Positions 34,136 to 47,180 of a DNA stretch of 64,000 nt are shown here, piece by piece; position 1 is the first letter of the stretch; each line of letters starts with the position of its first letter. The stretch spans positions 310,001-374,000 of the forward strand of contig JALMLS010000075.1 in assembly GCA_038496445.1 (NCBI GenBank), given 5' to 3'. A program made the position numbers and the translations under genes. Origin of the DNA: Trichosphaerium sp. ATCC 40318. Taxonomy: Eukaryota > Protista > Tubulinea. The notes beneath the pieces are model-generated. The model saw only the letters and a list, made by a program, of their open reading frames with translations. It had not been told where the DNA came from and did not search any database.

Positions 34136-35495
34136 TTATGCATCCGCAAATATAAAACAATCATTAAGGCGTCTCGGACATAACGACACTCTACCAGGGT
34201 CAGGACAACTTTCATCTTCACAATCAACATCAACAGTGTCTTCAAGATTGCAGCATCTAAAGTTCAACTTATAAACAAAAACAAAACCCAGACGCTAGTA
34301 TATGTTGTACATGTCATTGCCTCCACCTCCAACTATTTTCGCATCTGTTACCATCATATTTTCGGTGATACTATCTACTAAAATGGTATCATCACCTTCG
34401 CCACCATCAACTATACTTTGTGTTGTAGATGTTGAAACTATTGTAAGAAAAACTCAGCAATAACTATTTGTAAAAAAAAAAAGGTACCAATGGTTGTTTC
34501 TGAAACAGTAATCAAATCGTCACCAGCACCAGCACCAATTCTGTTTATAGATGAGCACCTAGCATTCACTATGTCATCTCCATCACTACCTTAAATATAT
34601 TTAATCAACAATACTCTACAAACCCTTTAATACCTAGAAGTGAACTAACAATAGAATTTTGGACGTCAATACAATCGTTGCCAGCCGCTCCTACTAAATT
34701 TCCAACTACAGACTGGGTTCCTTGATAAGCAACAACTTTGATACAGTCGTCTCCAGATTGCCCATTAAAGCGGCCCCTTTCAAAAGTTAAAAGCGAAACA
34801 TGGCTGTTCTGGTTTGAACTTACGCTCCTGGTGGCATTCCTGCAATACTCCCCTCAAATATGATATCATCATTGTCATCCCCTCCTACAATAATCGCGGT
34901 TGTGGATTGAGTGACTTTTACACAATCATTTCCATCTCCTTAACAACAAGTTAAGGCTTTGAAAGCATTTCTTTTATCAATTACCTGCGTTTGTATTACC
35001 CGTAACTGTAGCTCCATCAATGATACGAATACAATCATTTCCGGCATTCCCCTGAATCATTCCTATATTTGCTGATGAACCTCTAACTAGTATACAGTCG
35101 TCACCACTTGTCCCAGCTATGCTATCGGCTGCACTCTCTACTATAACACAAGTTCCAAAGTCACTTACGCTCACTTACCAACTTTGTAAGTTTAAGGCAC
35201 GTTTGTCGACAATCACGTGAATAAATTTCGTGTTTTGGAAAAGTACGCAAGTACAGTAAAAGCTATGGCAGATGTAAAAGCTTACCGACGCCAGTGCCAC
35301 TAGCCACTCCTATCATACAAGTATCAAAATCGCAAGCATTACATGCCGCGCACTCACAATCGCAGCCACGAACATCAGGAAACGGTCTTTGAGCGTGATA
35401 CACGCCAATATCTAGGTTTAAGTTATTTTAAGGATAAATAGCTCATAAATACATAGTGTAAGGCATAAAGCACAGATAAGCTTAGTTGTCTTCAT
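34136..35495 (-). CDS. Secreted RTX-like beta-roll repeat protein, copy 2 (tandem paralog)
   Basis: Same exon/intron structure and near-identical introns to copy 1; ends ...CFIFADA*. Confidence 0.75.
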
Positions 35496-37808
35496 CTCTT
35501 TGAAACTTTTTTTATAAATCTCAGACCTAAGCAATGATTGTGAATCTAGAAGTTCAACGGAGTTTATGGGCTGTTTTCGAAATGAAATTGACTACAATAC
35601 ATATATGGACTAAGAGCTAGCGCTTGTACTATGAATTTTACAAATCTTAGCACTCTCATTTATTCTTAGTCATGAGATTTAAGGGTACAGTTAGCTTCGA
35701 AATGTGGGTACAATATTCGAAATACTTGAACGACTCCTTTAGTAGTAGTACTGGCTGTATTATGGGCAAAAAACGTTTTTCACACGAAAAAAAAATCTCG
35801 GCGAAAATAAACTAGCGTTTGTAGTGCACATTTAACAAAGTCACACCGTAATACACGAAGCACGAGTAATAAGGGCCTAAACACAACGAGTAGTGAATGG
35901 AGTGGCACCTTTTTCGTACCTAAATGTTTCACCAGCAGAGTTGTTCAGCACGATTGCTATTGCCCTGGCATTCTTGGGAAGCGTCGATAGGCATAATACA
36001 ATTGATTCAGTGTTCCAAGTTAAAATAGAGGCACCAGAAGCTGTATTTCAATTAAAAGATGGCAGCTTAACTTAGCTCAAATTCGGTGACGCTAATCTTA
36101 AGTATGGCACTCTGGTATCCAACCAAACTATGATGAATGAACCTTAAGTAAAAAAGTGTTTTGTACTTTTGTTTGAAACCAGATTTACCGAATCGGTGCT
36201 TACTTTGTTCCCACATGCCTTTCAATAGCCTTTTTGTTTACACTAAAGAAACTTTTTCAACAAAAATCCGACTTGGCCTTAGAGCAATTGAAAGAAAAGC
36301 ATTGATCAAAGCAGTGAAACCATCACACAAATCCTCGCAATTGCTGTTTCCTGTAGGAGCAGTCTCAAACAAGCATAGCAACAACAAGTCAGATAGCATC
36401 AAAGTTTACATCAATGTTAAACGATGGGTTGTCCCTGACTTGTAGATGAAGTGTTGGTTCCATCTTGCGTTGCAGTCGTTTAGGTTATCTGGAGAATGCA
36501 CGGCGAAATATTCCGAAGATAATAGATCCAGCGTCGCTTCCTGTGGTATACTATAGCAAATGTTGTCATACATTCTTCCTGTTTTGAAAGCATTAGACGA
36601 CAATCTAGGTTAGAACCAACAAGAGACAGAGTAAGCAACAAGACAGGTTTGGAGGAAGACTAACGTCTCGGTGGCTCAAACGCAACACACGAGTAAGGAT
36701 TTATATCTTGTACACGTGCTATTTATGCAAAAAATGGATCCACAAATTCAGTTTTCAATAAATGCAGGTTTTTTGGATCAGAAAAAGTTCCTTTTTCAAG
36801 GGCGGGAAGTGGGATGATTGTTGCTTGCCATCTGTTGATCTGTGCGTGCCGGGTGCGGTAATGTCAGATTATGGTTGGTCAGCTAGTTTCTTCAAACGCC
36901 TGGAATTCCAGTAGAATATACAGACAGAAGTGAGTAGAATAAAGGTAATAGCCTGTTATTTCACGCATTGGAGACCATTCCAGGTAATGTTAACATACTT
37001 AGCATAACATTAAATCCTCATTACTCACAGCTGATAGCTACCTAAGGTAACGACAGCCTCATATCGAAACACAAATTTACGGAAGATATGAAAACGCTTC
37101 TAAGACGCACCAAGACACCTACAACTAGAACAACAGCAGGCAGAAATTACCATTGGATTCTAAAAGTGAAGTGACTTATCGCGATATTATGGTAAACCCC
37201 ACACGCTCGCTCTGCATTCGAACTGTCTGGGAGGGACATAAGAGTGCCCTCCCCAAAAGATCGTCTCGCTGTTATTGGGTCGATTAAAGTAGTACATGGT
37301 TGAAAGCAATGTAAGGATGCAATCTAGATTGGTCCAAACCAAAAAGAAAGCGTTCTGAGCCAAGTTCAATAAACTGTGAATTCTGAAGTAAAAAAAAAGA
37401 AAAAAAAGAAAATTACAATAGTGGCGTGTACACAATTGTCTGTTTTGGGCTGGTTGGCGGAGAATTTCGGAATAACTTGTTATAGCGTGATCATTTAAAA
37501 GGTCGGACGAATAATTACTGCGATAGCACAGTGTTTCGGTATTAACGAAAAAACTCTAGTTAATCGCTTCGTCACGTGATATTTTCGTTTACGTTATCAG
37601 CTTAAACACGCTCGAAACAACTTCTCAAAAATGTGTGTTTAACTTCGACCAAAAACTGCACTGAGTACTGGATAGTTATAACTATGATCTAGCTTACGCA
37701 TAGGCCAAGAGCTTCAGTCACCTATTTTCAATCCTTTTTGTTCTGGTTCAGCCAATACTGCCACTAGTTCAGCCGCTTGTTTCATATACTTCTTCATTAT
37801 CGCACCCA

Positions 37809-39664
37809 ATGGTACTGTATCAGTGTAGACTTCTCTGTGGATGTATTCCTGCAAGAAATAAAAGCCAGAAGATGGTACGAGTTAGATTGAGATCAGGTAT
37901 ATTCCGAGCGCTCGTAGGTACGACTAATACTAACTACACAAACAAAAACAAGTATTAACAACTCAATGATATTTTCGAAGGTATTTTAAGCGCTGTGATA
38001 TTCTGCTTCTTCTTCCTGACAGTGGCTTTTGATGTGTACAATGTTAGCGTTTACAGGGATAGAGATAAGCTTATACAAGGCACTATTGCAGTAACGGATG
38101 CGCTCGCTTCTGAAAGAGCGTGGGCGACGATTGTATTAGGAACATACGGCCGTTTTGGCAATGTTACTTTTCGCACGTTCTTCCTCGCGATCACGTGATT
38201 AATTTTTATTAACACGTGTTTATAGTTAGCCGAATATCGACTGTAACAAGTAATATAGACAAGCTTAAAAAGGACAGAGATAGTGTGCACAGAGAGTTTG
38301 ATCGTCTTGATGAAGCCATAAATGTATACCAACAATCAGAAATTGACGAACATCGTCAGCAGGTTAGTTTCAATATGATTTTTTACGAATCCATTCATAC
38401 TTATAGAGTAGGTTTTATCTCTTGAGAAGACTGGAGAGGAATCTTTGATATTTTATACCAAGCTGAATAGATATTTCTTCGACTTTCTTTTAACTGATAG
38501 TTTCACAAATATTGAATCGTCAAGTCGACGTTTGAGAACGCTTGTGCGGTTGAACTTGGTACGTCTCCAGATAGTGATAATTTATTACTAAATGATGCGG
38601 TAGCTTCATGAATATACATCCGAAGAGAGGGGCATTATTACTTTCTTAATACTGAACTGTACTTTAGAACAACTTACATCATCTTATTTTTGACTTTTTT
38701 TTAAAGGGGAAAACAGAGACGAAACTGCGTTTGTTAATGTATTGCGTGTATTAACTATAAAACAAAGTATGAGAGAAGAAATGGAGCTTTTACTAGAACA
38801 TGACGACGAGGAGCTATACGATGAACTTCGGGTACAAACAAACAAAACCACTAAAAACAAAACAAAGTGGGGTTTTTTGCCAACGTGTACACCACGTGTA
38901 TCTGCCTGAAGAAGAAAAAGAATCTTCCTTTTAAATACTAGTATACGCATATCAGTTGAATTTCTTTTTAGGCAACTCCTCAAAACATAGAAGCACTCAA
39001 CCACACAGATAGAATGCGCCAAATTATTCTCGATACTTTTAATCAGAATGATGCCAATTTGACTTTTAGCGAGGGTTCTTGGTTTAGAAATATGTCTACT
39101 GTCGCTGGCATGCTAGACCCATTACACCAACATATTTTGTACGTACCCTGATTTAGAAATTGTAACGTTGGATTTTCTTCTTTGCTCATTTTTTTTACAT
39201 TCAGTGATAAACATGAAGACTTACTTCAGGTTAACTTGATTTACTTTATTATTGCCTTTATACTAGCAATGATTGGTCTTATACTTGAAGTAACTGCATG
39301 TACATTACTCATTTACCTTGCATGGCCTGTACTCAAGCTTTTTTGGACAATGGAAGGCAAAGCGAAAAAGTAAGAAGCTATTCTGTTGCTTTGTTTTCTC
39401 TCAGTGCATTGAATCTTACTGTCTTTAAGGGTTTCTGGGAGCACTGGCTCTACTACTGGAAATAGTACTACCATACCTAATGCTATAGAAGCCATGCCTA
39501 CGCCAGAAATGACTAAGAGTGTGAAGAAACACAATACTTTTGAAGTTGAAATATCTGAATCAATCGACACTGAACTATCATCAAGAACAGAGACCGAAAC
39601 AGTATATACAAAAGATGGAACACTAAGTACACCGCTATCAAGTATGAGTAGTGCTACTCTATAA
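37809..39664 (+). CDS. Membrane protein with two hydrophobic regions flanking a possible NIT (nitrate/nitrite-sensing)-like helical domain; Ser/Thr-rich tail
   Basis: TM ILSAVIFCFFFLTVAF; ALASERAWAT, EERGIITFL, SWFRNMSTV; second TM region IYFIIAFILAMIGLILEV...; multi-exon. The domain call is weak. Confidence 0.4.
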
Positions 39665-39870
39665 ATATAATAAAACCCGTCTGAGACTTGTACAACTAAC
39701 TAAGTTGTTGTTTTGAATGGTTCTTTTCGAATTACAAGAAAAGCACATGGTAGTCTGTTGTTGTTAGCAACAGCTCCATGGAGCCTCGGAGTGCAAATGA
39801 TAGCAAAAATAAAATGGAGTCAAACGGATTTATTCGTTTCAATGTAGTGACTCACGCGAAATATCTCTTG

Positions 39871-41149
39871 CTAGTATGCAGAAAGTACGTGGCTATTATC
39901 TTTTGTTTCAGCAAGTAGATTAGTAATCTCTTGTGCAGCATATTTTGCAATGTATTCGTAGCCAGTAGGATTATAGTGAAAAGAACAAGGTTGTTTTAAG
40001 CATATCGAACAATTGGCATAAGGAGGCACACCACAGAAACTAGTAACACGACCTTCATAAAACAAGCGTAAGTAACGTTTCTTGCTATTGTATGACTTAC
40101 CATATAAGTCTGATACAGGCACGTTGTACTTTGTCGTTATGTTCCTTGCAATGTTGTTGAGATCATTCAAAATCTTTGCTCCCTATTTAGAAACTATAAG
40201 CAACAAGCAAGTTTTCCAACACAATACCTCTGCGCCCATATCATAAGGTGCCGGTGTTGTTGTGGCGTACAGTATCTTGGCGCCTGTTGCAACAAGTTTC
40301 TTTGTTATAGCTTCAAGTTGCTAGTATTTTGTTAAAACGAAGTTCTTGGTCCAAGCACGTGATAACTTTCAAATACCTGAGCGTATGAATCTTCAGTGTT
40401 CGCATTAATATCGTGCAATCCAAAGTTATATTGTATTAAATCCCACTTCGCTTCATAACCTTCTGCAGTACGTAAAAACGTATCAAGACATTCAAGACCA
40501 TATCCAGTATTTACTGCTCCACCTGAACTAACATCCCATGGCGTGTGTTGCACATAACAAGTCTTGTTTAGTATCTAGCAATTGTTAATCTAGGATTTAA
40601 GACAAACATGCATAAGGTACAACCGACTTGCCTGTGCAACGTATGGAGTGTATCCAATTGATACAGAGTCACCCATGATTATACAATTTGGTAAAGACGA
40701 TGAAGGTGGAAACTCTGGACCTGGTTTACACGTGTACAGAGCACCTGATGAGGGGTGATTCTCACCAACGCACGTGATAACGTCACCGTTCTTAGAGCAA
40801 GTTGTGCCTTTAAATTGATTACGTTCCAACAACTTGATTAAGTACCTGCAGGACAACATCTTCCAGAACCTTCGTAGTAAATTTATTTAGAATTTGTACC
40901 ATTTAGACAAACGTACCGTCTGTACTGTTCATACAGCACGTTGAGCCTATACCTGCTGGACAACAGCCATATCCACTGGTAGAAACATCAACTAAACAAA
41001 TACGTTTGCTGTACATAGTTTGAGCTCTAATGCGCACGTTTACAGCATGTTGTGTTGACACACGAAACTACATCTACCGGACACTTATTCCCGCTGGCTA
41101 CGTACAATAAGGAAACCAACAGAGTTATTGTTAAAACGATCTGTGACAT
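39871..41149 (-). CDS. Secreted SGNH/GDSL hydrolase with N-terminal granulin-like Cys module
   Basis: Signal peptide MSQIVLTITLLVSLLYVASG; Cys motifs TCC..GYGCCP..STCC..CCPAGTTC; SGNH blocks MGDSVSIGY, NFGLHD, YATTTP, HYNPTGY. Confidence 0.8.
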
Positions 41150-41478
41150 TTGTTGTAATCACTGCGTTTTGCGTTGTTCGACAGTGGTTTATAGTGGTCA
41201 AGAATCACCAAAAAAAAAAACACGCTTTATTTTTTCCTTAACAGGAAAAAGGATTGCTATGGCATTCTTGGTGGTACCACCTAAAAATGAGGAAGTTTAA
41301 CAAAACATTAAAAGAAAGCCACCATTTTACCGCTATATCAAAAGAAAATACACTATAGTGCTGTAAATGTATCTTAGCGCAACGCCAAATGTAAATAGAC
41401 AAATTTTTTTGCACACGATAAGTTTTTTTTTTTACTGGCTTAGCGTTTTTCAGGCAAGGACATCAAAGATAAACAACA

Positions 41479-42467
41479 ATGACACTACCAAACTTGGCTG
41501 GATATAAAGTAGCTCCTTCAACCGCTTCGGATAATAACAGAAACGCAAGAGAACAGCCAAAGGTAGTAAATAATCAACCTCATCCTCAGAACATGCGACA
41601 GGGGACACCTGTATGGGGTTAGTAGTTTAATCACATCAGAATTACTGAAAAACAAAATTAAATTGTTTAAACCTTTTGAATTATTAATATGTAATAAAGG
41701 CATGTCCGCACCTGACTACGCAATGGGGTATCAAGACATACAACTTCGTAAAGATTGGATTAGAAATCATCCTTTATTTACACCAGTGGTAAGCGCGAGC
41801 GTTTTTCTTGTTTACTGGTTGAAGATTTGGTGGATTGCTTTGATTTAAACGGTTTTTGTAGGTTCGTATTCTTAAACAATGCAAGACTGAGGGTATGCTT
41901 GGTTTCATTCAAGTACGCCATAGTAATTCAAAGCGCGGTAACTGATTTTTTTGAAAAATGTAGCCAGCACAATATGACAATGAAGCAGATTTCCACTTGG
42001 ATTCTTTCTTTGCTGACAGGGTTAGTTTATTTCGTTTCTGCGCATCTTGAACGTCAAGACTTTTTATCTCTTCCACAAACAGAATGGTGTCTGAAGTTTT
42101 GCTTACCACGTGATAGGGTCTTACCTTAGAGCTGGATGAGAACGATCCAAACATTAATCGTAAAAAATTAGTAAGAAGGCTTAGACAACTTAATGCTGGA
42201 TACCTTGAAGAGCTAGACAAGCTTGGGCGAATACAAAATGAGTTTCAATCAAGAATGTAAGTCATTTCGCTACCAAGAAGCAGGATCTTAAAATGTCTAC
42301 TTAGGATGATACTACTACAAGAACAAGCAAGCTTCAGACCAGTTACACAACAAGAACTCCACGTAAAAGTAAAATCAATAGCCGCTAGATTCGATTTTGT
42401 TCGCCAAGTGCTTAGACAGAATGTATGTCGCTCAATAGACCTGTTCACGCAAGATATGCAGTTGTAA
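41479..42467 (+). CDS. PBC (PBX N-terminal) domain protein lacking a homeodomain
   Basis: Spliced product has RKDWIRNHPLFTPVVRILKQCK and RLRQLNAGYLEELDKLGRIQNEFQSRMMILLQEQASFRPVTQQELHVKVKSIAARFDFVRQVLRQNVCRSI, matching the PBC-A and PBC-B patterns as I recall them. Stop follows immediately. Confidence 0.65.
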
Positions 42468-42583
42468 CGCATTTAATGGAATAAAATTAAGTCTAAAGAT
42501 GAACCCAAACAGTGTATGGTGCAGTCTGGACTTGGTGTGATGAAAAGAAAGCTTCAATCATTTGATGTTCTTGATTTTTTTAT

Positions 42584-43308
42584 TTATACAACTTGTTCTG
42601 TCTCAGTATCATCATCGCTGAGCACCTGTGCTTCAAAATTGTTTTGTCCCAAGTTGATCTCCCAAGCGTCAGGTGGTTTTTCTTCAGTAAGGACATAATC
42701 ACTCTTCTTATAGTTACGCCAACCATTGAAGAGTGCTATTCCTATGACAATAACAAGGAAAGCAAAAAAACTGCCACCAACGCCTAATAACTGTTATTAT
42801 TTGGGTGTAAAATGTGCTTGTACCCAAAATCCAAGGGTTAAATGGTTCCCGAGCGCTAGGAGCTGCTGTTGGCGCTACTGTGACTTCCTTATAGCACGTG
42901 ACGAAAACGCTTTGAGATCCGGACGCATGACATTCTCCAACAGGCAAAATAACCGCTTGAGAACCAGCTGACGCACAGGTGTTGTTGTGGGATACGTAGG
43001 AGGTGATTTTAGACTACAATGTGTTAAAATGTCTCACGTGTCGCTCCATTTAGACGTACAGTGTTTGTACTTAATAAACAGTCAATCATGAAGTCATTTG
43101 AGATAAATGACGTTAGGTCACCGATAGGCAAAGGCTTCTCCTTCGTTAGAATATTGCCGTGACATATATCTTGTGTAATCAACCAAGCAAAATCAGGCTT
43201 GTCAGCACAATCGTTTGAAGAAGTCCATATTTCGTATTTAACGGGTTGTTTTGCGACCACCACGCAAATTAATAGCGTCAGCAGCAGGTACGGCAAACTA
43301 GACGCCAT
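42584..43308 (-). CDS. Small type-I membrane protein, unknown function
   Basis: Signal peptide MASSLPYLLLTLLICVVVA, Cys-containing ectodomain, TM after EPFNPWIL, acidic tail; GT-AG introns. Confidence 0.6.
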
Positions 43309-43399
43309 TTGTGACCTAAATAAGTCGGCTAGAAAAAGTCAGCAGTGTTCTCACCACAATTGCACCGCTTCTAGCCAGCGCACATACCCTAATAATCAA

Positions 43400-43999
43400 A
43401 TGGCGGGACTAATTAGGCGATACTCGGCGATGTCAACGCCAGCCATTGAGCTTCGCGCTAGACCAGCGCGAGCTGATAGAGGGTTGTGGGGTAAACGACG
43501 CGTGACTAATGGCTACACTGTGTCATATTCTTTAAAAAAGTACAATAACGCACTCTAATGAGCCCAACTAACGTCAGCTAGAAATAAGAAAGTATTTCGA
43601 CCTAATGTGGTTACCAAAACGCTCTACAGCGACCTTTTGAAGCAAAAATTGAAAATACCACTTACAACATACACCTTGCGTTGTATAGACCGCAAAGGAA
43701 GCTTAGACAATTATATTTTGTTTACAAAAGACAAAGACATTGATTCTGATGCTGGATTGGAGCTAAAACAACTACTCATAGCGAAATGGGAGCAAGAACA
43801 CCAACGAGTATTCGACAGAGATAAGTTACTATTGGAAGCTAGATCTTGGCTTCTAGAGAACCGTATAGAGGAAACGGTAAAGGAAACAGAAGAAACACAA
43901 GAAGGTGCCAACACAAATGACGCGGATGTCACACCTGCGGCCAATGCAGATGACGCACCTGCACCTGCGTCAAAACCAGACGCTCAACCGTCATCATAA
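43400..43999 (+). CDS. MRPL28: Mitochondrial ribosomal protein bL28m
   Basis: RADRGLWG...NGYTVSYSLKK|NKKVFRPNVVTKTLYSDLL...TTYTLRCIDRKGSLDNYIL (L28 signature); one intron. Confidence 0.85.
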
Positions 44000-44143
44000 T
44001 ATCGATCATTCATCATCGTGTAAATACCTGTAAACGCTTGACAATTAAATTTTTATTGCAATGACTTTTTTTTTTTACGTTGTAAACTCAAAGTCAACTG
44101 AGGTTCAACAAAAAAAAAACCAATTTGATAAGTTGAAGCCAAA

Positions 44144-46310
44144 ATGACCGATGCTATGGATATTGATGAAGATTTCTCTGCCGTTGTTGACGTAGAGATA
44201 CCTAAAAACCGTAAACTAGCAGAGGTAAAAACAAGTGGGTTGACTGCTGGCTCATTATTTGTAGGAAGGAAAATTAGAGGTCGCAATTGAGAACCTACTT
44301 GCTGTAGAGAAGCAAACAAGACAGGTTGCGCTTTTTAACGCTGATAAACGATAATAACTGTTGTTAAAGGGAGACGACGCTCCATCTACCAAGAAACTCC
44401 TAGTGGAGATTGTAGAGCTATGTTACAAAGCAAAAAATTGGGCTGAACTAAAAAAGAACGTCCAATTGCTCGCTAAACGTCGGGGACAAATAAAATCGGT
44501 ACTATTATCGCGTTGAGGCGTATCTGACGCAAATTGTAGGCCATAAAAGAAATGGTAATCAAAGTCATGGGATACCTCGATTCTGTTGATTACGACACTA
44601 AACTTGATTTTATCAGTGTTTTGGTATCAGTTACAGAAGGAAAGGTAATAATATAACCAAAAAAACAACCCACCACTACTCAATATTATCGTTAACAGCT
44701 TTTAGATCTTTGTTGAGAAACAACGTGCCGCATTAACTTTGCAACTCGCTTTGATCAAAGAAAAAGAAGGCAAAATAGTTGAAGCTGCAACAATACTTCA
44801 AGAAGTGCAGGTGAGTGCTCTATTTTCATCTTAATTCGCGCTTGTTGAAGTCTACTCTACAAAAAATCAAATCTACAACAAAACACGCTTTTAACAATCC
44901 AAACGCGCGGTTGTATACTTACAAGAGCGTCTGTAGGTCGAAACTTTTGGTGCAATGACAAAACAAGAAAAACTTCATTTTATTCTAGAGCAAATGCGTC
45001 TATGTCTCTTAAAGAAGGATTATATTAGAACTCAAGTAATCTCTCGTAAAGTTAGCACTAAAGTATTTGATAACGAGGCATTCCAGGTAAGAAAAAAAAA
45101 GAATACAAATTTTTTTCAAAAAAATCCAAAAAATTCCTTTCTACTGCTTCTCGTTCAATCAATTGTGTTTCTTAAATATCACCGGTTTCTTACCTTTATT
45201 GGGTATGAGTTACATGGTAAAAATATTGCTACTATTGGCTGTGGAAAATGTTTTTTTTTTGAATTATATGCGGACTTACGTGCTTTTAAAGGCCTTGAAA
45301 GAGAGATACTATTTACTCATGGTCGACTTCTGGCATCATGAAAATAACTACTTGGAGATTGCTCGCTGCTATCAACATATTTACAACACACCAAACATCA
45401 AAAAGGATCAAGAAGCGCACAAAAAAGTAAGCAAACGAAAAAAAAAAAACCACACACAGCTGTGCACTTTACATTTTTATGTTTATTCTGTTTTAGTATT
45501 TGAGCTTGATGGTAGCGTACATTCTACTCGCTCCATATGATGGAGAGCAATCTGATATCATCAACAGAATTCGCCTAGATGATAACTTGGAGCAACTACC
45601 AGAGTTCTTGTGCGTAAAAGTTTTTTTGTGATTACTGTTAAGAAACAATCGCTTATGTTTTTTTAGTAACCTTGTTAAATTGTTCCTAAATACCGAGATT
45701 TTGCCTTGGACTGTCATAGATCAACAATATCGCCCTCTACTATCTAAATTAGTTGCCTTCAGTGGTGATGGATCTGAAACACGCTGGGCAGACCTTAAAA
45801 CTCGCGTCACAGAACACGTATGCTTTTTTTTGCTGTGTTTTTTTGGCTAATCTTAGCTCTAGAACCTTCGTACAGTAGCTGGATATTACAGCCAAATAAC
45901 AACTGAGCGACTAGGCCAACTCTTGAATACTGATCAAGACGTACGTTCTAGTAGAACAAAAGTGTTCTTATGGCGATTTTTTTAATTACTCATACTGTTT
46001 ATAGGGCACTGAAGCTGCAATTGCAACACTTGTCAACAATAAATCCATCTACGCTAAAATTAATCGCTCACAAGGCATCGTATCATTTGTACGAAGGAGC
46101 GATCCTGCTGAGGTACGCATAATCATTTAAAACATCTTTTTTTATCTGCAAAAAGCACAACCTTTTTTTTCTTAGACTAGTACTTACGTACTTTTTTTGC
46201 AATAGATCCTTAATGATTGGGGAAGCAATGTTAGCGACTTGCTAGGTCGTGTAGAGACTGTCTGCCATTTAATTCATCGCGAACGTATGACCGCAAAGGC
46301 AGGAAAGTAA
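44144..46310 (+). CDS. PSMD12: 26S proteasome lid subunit Rpn5
   Basis: LLAVEKQTR, LAKRRGQIK, VTEGK|IFVEKQRA, EVQ|VETFGAM, FILEQMRLCL, RVTEH|NLR, AKINR..GIVSF, CHLIHRE. Confidence 0.95.
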
Positions 46311-46418
46311 AACGTTATAAATAAACAATTAAAAAAGAAAAAACGTGTTTTGTTACATAAAAAAAAAGATCGACCCAGTTACTACATCTATTTATTGTGA
46401 CATCTCTGTTCTCCGTAG

Positions 46419-47180
46419 CTACTTTTTGTCAGGCTTACTACTTTGTCTTTCGCCTCCACAACATTCGATAAACTCTAGTATCAGGAATATCAATGCTAGC
46501 ACCCAGCACAAGAACGCAGATACAATACCTATAAAATTTGATCAACGCTTTTAAGACAAAATTTTACAAGTAGTAATCGCTCCGTACCAACAAGTCCAGC
46601 TAAACCAACGCACAGGAATCCAATGAGCACGTACCATACGGTTCTAGTCCACCATTTCACCCAGATTGAAATACGATCCAAGTACACCTAGTAGGGACTA
46701 TTAAATATCTTCTCATTGCGTTGTAATGCGGATTAGCGCACTTTGATCTGAAATTCACCTACGAGGGATGACTTAGAAAAAGAGTAATTGATATGGCGTA
46801 CCGAGTATGCCTAGTACTGCCAAAACAACGAGGACTAAGAACAACGTTAGCTACCAAGCACGTAAGAGGTGCTTTTAATCATACAAATGCCTAAGAATGA
46901 TATAGCCCATCCTGCGTTATTGTTATTTATCTCTGCTTCCCAATTCCAATCTGGAAAGCCGCTCTGCGACGTTTTGGGTTAAAACTTTAAATATCACGTG
47001 ATTTTTTTTTTTGATACCTTTACTACGCCAATGACACCTGTGACGATAACCTGGAATGTTTGAAATTAGAAAGAAGTAACGTGATATAATTTAAAATTGG
47101 AAGTTGCGTACCATTGCGTTAACGATTATTGCTAGTACCAGTATAACCATTTGTAATTGACCCATGCCTCCTTTTGCCAT
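46419..47180 (-). CDS. Small multi-pass membrane protein (COPI-associated/Tvp15-like, tentative)
   Basis: About four hydrophobic exons; WWTRTVWYVLIG motif; basic C-tail. Confidence 0.45.

Larger units (their letters stand above)
31820..36231. repeat. Tandem segmental duplication (~31820-33620 vs ~34090-36231), gene plus upstream DNA
   Basis: Long identical runs, e.g. TTCGAAATACTTGAACGACTCCTTTAGTAGTAGTACTGGCTGTATT at 33421 and 35716, and CCAGATTTACCGAATCGGTGCTTACTT at ~33569 and ~36179. Confidence 0.9.

Noticed and set aside
35893-36660. Short ORFs upstream of RTX-like copy 2
   Set aside because: Interrupted by stops, no recognisable motif; probably decayed fragments.
45180-45250. RPN5 intron segment translating as GYELHGKNIATIGCGK (dehydrogenase-like) and folding as a hairpin (H/ACA-like)
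   Set aside because: Only ~16 codons with no flanking homology, and no clear ACA box or second hairpin; chance cannot be excluded.
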